This document shows, one piece after another, positions 60,214 to 64,000 of a stretch of 64,000 nucleotides of DNA. The notes below the pieces were generated by a model. It did no database searches. It saw only the letters and a list, made by a program, of their open reading frames with translations, and had not been told where the DNA came from. The stretch's first letter is position 1; each line of letters begins with the position of its first letter. The translations under genes were made by a program, and so were the position numbers. The DNA is from Candidatus Krumholzibacteriia bacterium (GTDB lineage: Bacteria > Krumholzibacteriota > Krumholzibacteriia > JAJRXK01): positions 64,001 through 128,000 of the forward strand of contig JBGPIA010000005.1 of the NCBI GenBank assembly GCA_041484665.1, read 5' to 3'.

Positions 60214-61673
60214 ACGCGAGCGCGTCGCGCTGGGAGGCCGTGATCGGGCTGGAGGTCCACGCCCAGCTCTCGACCAGGACGAAGATCTTCTGCGCCTGCC
60301 CGACGCAGTTCGGATCGCGCGCCAACAGCCAGACCTGTCCGGTCTGCCTGGGGCTGCCCGGCGTGCTGCCCGTGCTCAACCGGCAGGTGGTCGACTGCGC
60401 GCTGCGCCTGGGCTTGGCCTGCGGAAGCCGGATCGCGCCGGCGAGCGTTTTTGCGCGCAAGAACTACTTCTACCCGGATCTGCCGAAGAACTACCAGATC
60501 AGCCAGTACGACAAGCCGCTGTGCGAGGGTGGCCAGGTCGAGATGATGGTCGACGGCCACCCGCGTACGGCGCGGCTGGTGCGCATCCACCTCGAGGAGG
60601 ACGCCGGCAAGTCGATGCACGACCAGACCGGCGGCACTACCTCGCTGGTGGATCTCAACCGGTGCGGCGTGCCGCTGGCGGAGATCGTTGGGGAGCCCGA
60701 TCTGCGCCACCCCGAAGAGGCGGGCGCGTATCTCACGGCACTGCGTCAGCTGGTGCGCTACTTGGGCATCTGCGACGGCAATATGGAGGAGGGAAGCCTG
60801 CGCTGCGACGCCAACGTGTCGGTGCGGCCGACGGGCGCGTCCACGTTCGGCACGCGCGTGGAGATCAAGAACATGAACTCCATTCGCGGCGTGGTGGCGG
60901 CGCTGGAGCACGAGATCCGCCGGCAGGGCAAGCTCCTGGACGAGGGTGGCACGGTCAACCAGGAGACGCGCACCTGGGACCCCGACCGCGGCGTGACGGT
61001 CTTCATGCGCAGCAAGGAGCACGCGCACGACTACCGTTACTTCCCCGATCCCGATCTGGTCCCGCTGCACGTGGACGAGGCGTGGCTGGCGCGCGTCCGT
61101 ACGCAGCTTCCCGAGCTGCCCATGGCGCGCCTGCAGCGGTTCACGGCGCAGTACGCGCTGCCGGTCTACGACGCCGTGCTGCTGACCGAGTCGCGCGAGC
61201 TGGCCGACTACTACGAGGACCTGGCGCGCACGCTGGGTGACGCGAAGCAGGCCAGCAACTGGATGATGGCCGAGGTGCTGCGGCTGTTGAATGAGCGCGG
61301 CGAGTCGATCGGCCGCTTCTCGGTGCGCCCCCCGGCGGTCGCGGCGCTGCTGCATCTGGTCAAGGACGGCGCCATCAGCGGCAAGATCGCCAAGGAGGTC
61401 TTCGACGAGATGGTGGCGACCGGCGCCCCGGCCGAGGCCATCGTCGCGCGCCGCGGACTGCGCCAGATCAGCGATGAGCCGTCCCTGACCGCCGCGGTCG
61501 ACAAGATCCTCGACGCCCATCCGGGCCAGGTGAAGGCCTACCTGGGTGGCAAGGAGGGGCTCGCCGGATTCTTCGTCGGCCAGCTGATGCAGGCCACGGC
61601 GGGGCAGGCCAACCCCAAGCTGGCCAATCAGCTCGTGCGCGCGGCGCTGGAGCGCCGGCGCAGCCCAGCGTGA
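60210..61673 (+). CDS. gatB: Asp/Glu-tRNA amidotransferase subunit B
   Basis: VIGLEVHAQL, RKNYFYPDLPKNYQISQ, HLEEDAGK, LRCDANVS, YRYFPDPDL. Confidence 0.98.
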   Translation: MNASASRWEAVIGLEVHAQLSTRTKIFCACPTQFGSRANSQTCPVCLGLPGVLPVLNRQVVDCALRLGLACGSRIAPASVFARKNYFYPDLPKNYQISQYDKPLCEGGQVEMMVDGHPRTARLVRIHLEEDAGKSMHDQTGGTTSLVDLNRCGVPLAEIVGEPDLRHPEEAGAYLTALRQLVRYLGICDGNMEEGSLRCDANVSVRPTGASTFGTRVEIKNMNSIRGVVAALEHEIRRQGKLLDEGGTVNQETRTWDPDRGVTVFMRSKEHAHDYRYFPDPDLVPLHVDEAWLARVRTQLPELPMARLQRFTAQYALPVYDAVLLTESRELADYYEDLARTLGDAKQASNWMMAEVLRLLNERGESIGRFSVRPPAVAALLHLVKDGAISGKIAKEVFDEMVATGAPAEAIVARRGLRQISDEPSLTAAVDKILDAHPGQVKAYLGGKEGLAGFFVGQLMQATAGQANPKLANQLVRAALERRRSPA

Positions 61674-62209
61674 GCAGTCCAGACGCTCTGCGTGGGCTCG
61701 CGTCGGTGGGGCGCGCCCCCGAGTGGTCAGCCATTGCCCGGCGGATTGCGGCAAGTGTGACCGCGGCGTCGCTGGCAGCGGCCGGCCTGGCCACGGCGCC
61801 CGGCCCGGCCGCAGCGGCCAGCACGCCCCGCCCAGCGGCGCGGTACGCCGCCGGCCCCCACCGGGAGCCCTACCGCGATCCCACGGCCGCCGCGGTGCGC
61901 AGCTTGGTCCTCCCCGGGTGGGGCCAGCACTACAATGGCGAGGGCGGCAAGGGCAACCTGTTCACCTGCGGGGTGCTGGCGGGCGCACTCTTCGCCGCCC
62001 GCGTGGTGCAGGTTGGCTCGTCGACCCACGGGCAGGAGTTCGAGCGGGGCGCTGGCCTGTCGGTCATGATCGCGACGTGGGGCTGGAGCATCGTCGACGC
62101 CTACACCTCCGCCCCGCACATCAACCGTGAGAATGGCTACGAGCTCGACGCGCTCGCTCCCGGCCCCGATCGCGGGGTGTGGGTGGTGGTCCTGCGCGTC
62201 CGCTGGTAG
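61670..62209 (+). CDS. Exported/membrane protein, DUF5683-like
   Basis: DPTAAAVRSLVLPGWGQHYNG, WGWSIVDAY; GTGA overlap with the gatB stop. Confidence 0.7.
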   Translation: MSSPDALRGLASVGRAPEWSAIARRIAASVTAASLAAAGLATAPGPAAAASTPRPAARYAAGPHREPYRDPTAAAVRSLVLPGWGQHYNGEGGKGNLFTCGVLAGALFAARVVQVGSSTHGQEFERGAGLSVMIATWGWSIVDAYTSAPHINRENGYELDALAPGPDRGVWVVVLRVRW

Positions 62210-62379
62210 GTGAGGGGCGAGCGCAGGGGGGCGCGCTCGCGACGCGCGAGCCCCGGCTGGGCGCCACGATCAGCTGCGCGCCAGCATCAGCTGCGCACCC
62301 TGCCAGGATCGCCTGCGCGCAGCCGCCGGCGGACGCGACCCTTGACGCGGGGCCCGGGCCTGCGCTAGCTTCTTTGCAT

Positions 62380-62418
62380 GCCTCCTCCCCGCTCGCGGGG
62401 CAGGAGGCGTTTTCGTTT
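62380..62418 (+). terminator. Intrinsic-terminator-like hairpin
   Basis: gcctcct-ccccg-ctcg-cgggg-c-aggaggc followed by gttttcgttt. Confidence 0.6.
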
Positions 62419-62533
62419 CGCCGCGAGGGCTGCCGCGGCCCTGTCGGCGAGACTCGAGCGGGTCCGCGGGAGCTCGCCTCCATCCCCGCCGCGTGGTCAT
62501 GCCACACATGACCCACGGAAAGGAGATCGGACG

Positions 62534-63217
62534 ATGCGAAGCTTCTGCCCGACATGCCTCCCGCTGACCGCGCCTCCCCGCCTCCTGCGATTGCTCTGCG
62601 TCGTGATGCTGGGCTTGCTCTGGGCCGGCGGTGCGCGGGCCGACCTCGTGGTCAACGAGGCCCTCTCGGCGCCGAGCTCCGACTGGAACGGCGACGGCGT
62701 GGTGGACTTCAAGAACGACGAGTGGGTGGAGATCCTGAACACGGGCCCGGGGGTGGAGAGCCTCGACGGCGTCTTCCTGCGCGACGGCACCGGCACGGAG
62801 TACCACTACGGTTTCACGGGGAGCCTCTCCCCCGGCGAGGTCCGGGCGGTGTTCGGTGACGAGTCGGTCGCCTGGCAGGCGGCGCACGGTCTGGCCACGG
62901 TGGGCCTGAGCCTCAACAATGGCGGCGACACCGTCGAGCTTTGGCGCGACCAGACCGACCCGATCGTGCTGCAGCCGCTGGACGTGGTCCCGATCCCGGC
63001 GCATGCCGCCGCAAACGAGCGAGCGCTCGGCCGCGATCCGGTCACGCTGGGCTGGCTGCTGTTCGATGGGCTCAATCCCTACACGGGGGCGTTGCAGCCT
63101 GGCTATACCGGGTGCAGCCCGTCGCCCGGACGTACCAACGAATGCGGGCCCATCCTCCCCGACGGCGACGTGACCTGGGGGAGTCTGAAGCAGGTGTACG
63201 CCCCCCCGCAGCCGTAA
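62534..63217 (+). CDS. Secreted lamin-tail-domain-like protein with C-terminal TWGSLKQVY motif
   Basis: AAGGAG SD; signal peptide; VVNEAL...DWNGDG...DEWVEILN, LSLNNGGDTVEL, PSPGRTN. Confidence 0.8.
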   Translation: MRSFCPTCLPLTAPPRLLRLLCVVMLGLLWAGGARADLVVNEALSAPSSDWNGDGVVDFKNDEWVEILNTGPGVESLDGVFLRDGTGTEYHYGFTGSLSPGEVRAVFGDESVAWQAAHGLATVGLSLNNGGDTVELWRDQTDPIVLQPLDVVPIPAHAAANERALGRDPVTLGWLLFDGLNPYTGALQPGYTGCSPSPGRTNECGPILPDGDVTWGSLKQVYAPPQP

Positions 63218-63309
63218 GCGCGCCGGCGCCCGGCCCGATCCGGCCGCTGCACGAGCCCTTCCTGAACGGACTCGTGCCCGGCTGGCCTTGCCTCCCCTTG
63301 TGCCACCCG

Positions 63310-63377
63310 TGCGCCTCCCGCGATGCCTCCGATGGCGCCCACCGGACGCCACGGAGACGCCTCCCGGACGCTTCCCG
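63310..63377. repeat. Degenerate 11-12-bp tandem repeat (GACGCCTCCCG-like, about 6 units)
   Basis: tgcgcctcccg, gatgcctccga, ggcgcccaccg, gacgccacgga, gacgcctcccg, gacgcttcccg. Confidence 0.6.
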
Positions 63378-63497
63378 GGCGTGAGCGCGGTGTGGAGGTG
63401 GAGCCGCTCACGCGGACCGCTCAACGTACACGCGGCGAGAAAGGCGCGCCGCAATCCGCCCTGGGCGCAGCGGCGCGCCTGCTCTATCCTGCCTTCC

Positions 63498-64000
63498 ATG
63501 GAAAACGCCAAGGTTTCGGATCTGTGGGATCGCGCCCGCGCGGGCGACGTGGCCGCTCTGGGTCGCTTGGTCACCCTCGTGGAGGACGAAGGTCCGGCGC
63601 GGGGCGAGCTGCTGGCGCGCGTGGCGCCGCTCACCGGGCGTGCGCACCGGATCGGGTTAGCCGGCCCCCCCGGGGCCGGCAAGAGCACGGTCGCAGCCGA
63701 GCTGGCGCGGCGGTTCCGGGACCGCGGCGAGCGGGTCGGCGTGGTGGCCGTGGATCCCACCAGCCCGGTGTCGGGGGGGGCGCTTTTGGGCGACCGCGTG
63801 CGGATGGGTGACCTGGAAAGCAGCGATGGCATCTTCATCCGCTCGCTCGCCTCGCGCGGGATGCCGGGTGGCTTGAGCCTGGCCGCCGGCCTGGTGGCTG
63901 ACGCCCTCGACGCCGTGGGCTACGACCGCATCCTGATCGAGACGCTCGGGATCGGGCAGGGAGAGCTGGACATCGTCCCCAAGGCGCACACCGTGCTGCT
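63498..64000 (+). CDS. meaB: Methylmalonyl-CoA mutase-associated GTPase MeaB/ArgK (3' truncated by window edge)
   Basis: Manual translation from ATG 63498: RIGLAGPPGAGKST, AVDPTSPVSGGALLGDRVRM, FIRSLASRG; absent from the ORF track because it has no stop in the window. Confidence 0.92.
   Translation, partial: MENAKVSDLWDRARAGDVAALGRLVTLVEDEGPARGELLARVAPLTGRAHRIGLAGPPGAGKSTVAAELARRFRDRGERVGVVAVDPTSPVSGGALLGDRVRMGDLESSDGIFIRSLASRGMPGGLSLAAGLVADALDAVGYDRILIETLGIGQGELDIVPKAHTVL

Overview
A high-GC (roughly 70%) bacterial chromosome segment made up mostly of housekeeping genes, nearly all on the + strand. In order: glmM-glmS-ridA-tRNA-Sec, lepA-lepB-hemW-lepB-hrcA-grpE-dnaK-dnaJ-rsmE, yqeY-cvpA-mutS2, dnaG-rpoD-tRNA-Ile2-tRNA-Val-zinc ribbon-RNase HI-rnpB-recJ-rel-dtd, maf-mtnA, rplM-rpsI-rpsB-tsf-pyrH-frr-uppS-cdsA-dxr-rseP, a TamA/TamB-like pair, a peptidase/beta-propeller/Omp85 fusion, uvrD/pcrA, a secreted M1 peptidase, a TPR protein, gatCAB, a lamin-tail-like protein and a partial meaB. 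The Omp85 genes and the diderm-type DnaK insert indicate a diderm. FlgD-Ig/T9SS-like and TWGxxKxxY C-terminal tails suggest, by inference only, an FCB-group candidate lineage (Latescibacterota/Krumholzibacteriota/Eisenbacteria-like). I saw no transposase, integrase, prophage or CRISPR array. The main unexplained signal is non-coding: a family of hairpin elements (left arm gTCCTCGCCC(C)GC, right arm (G)GGGCTGCGGAG, with a conserved bulge and mismatch) occurs five times at three intergenic loci (about 14.5, 31.0 and 48.2 kb), in both orientations. At 48 kb two copies are nested inside a ~500-bp imperfect palindrome carrying perfect 36-bp and 25-bp inverted repeats. All calls come from reading motifs by eye; no searches were run.
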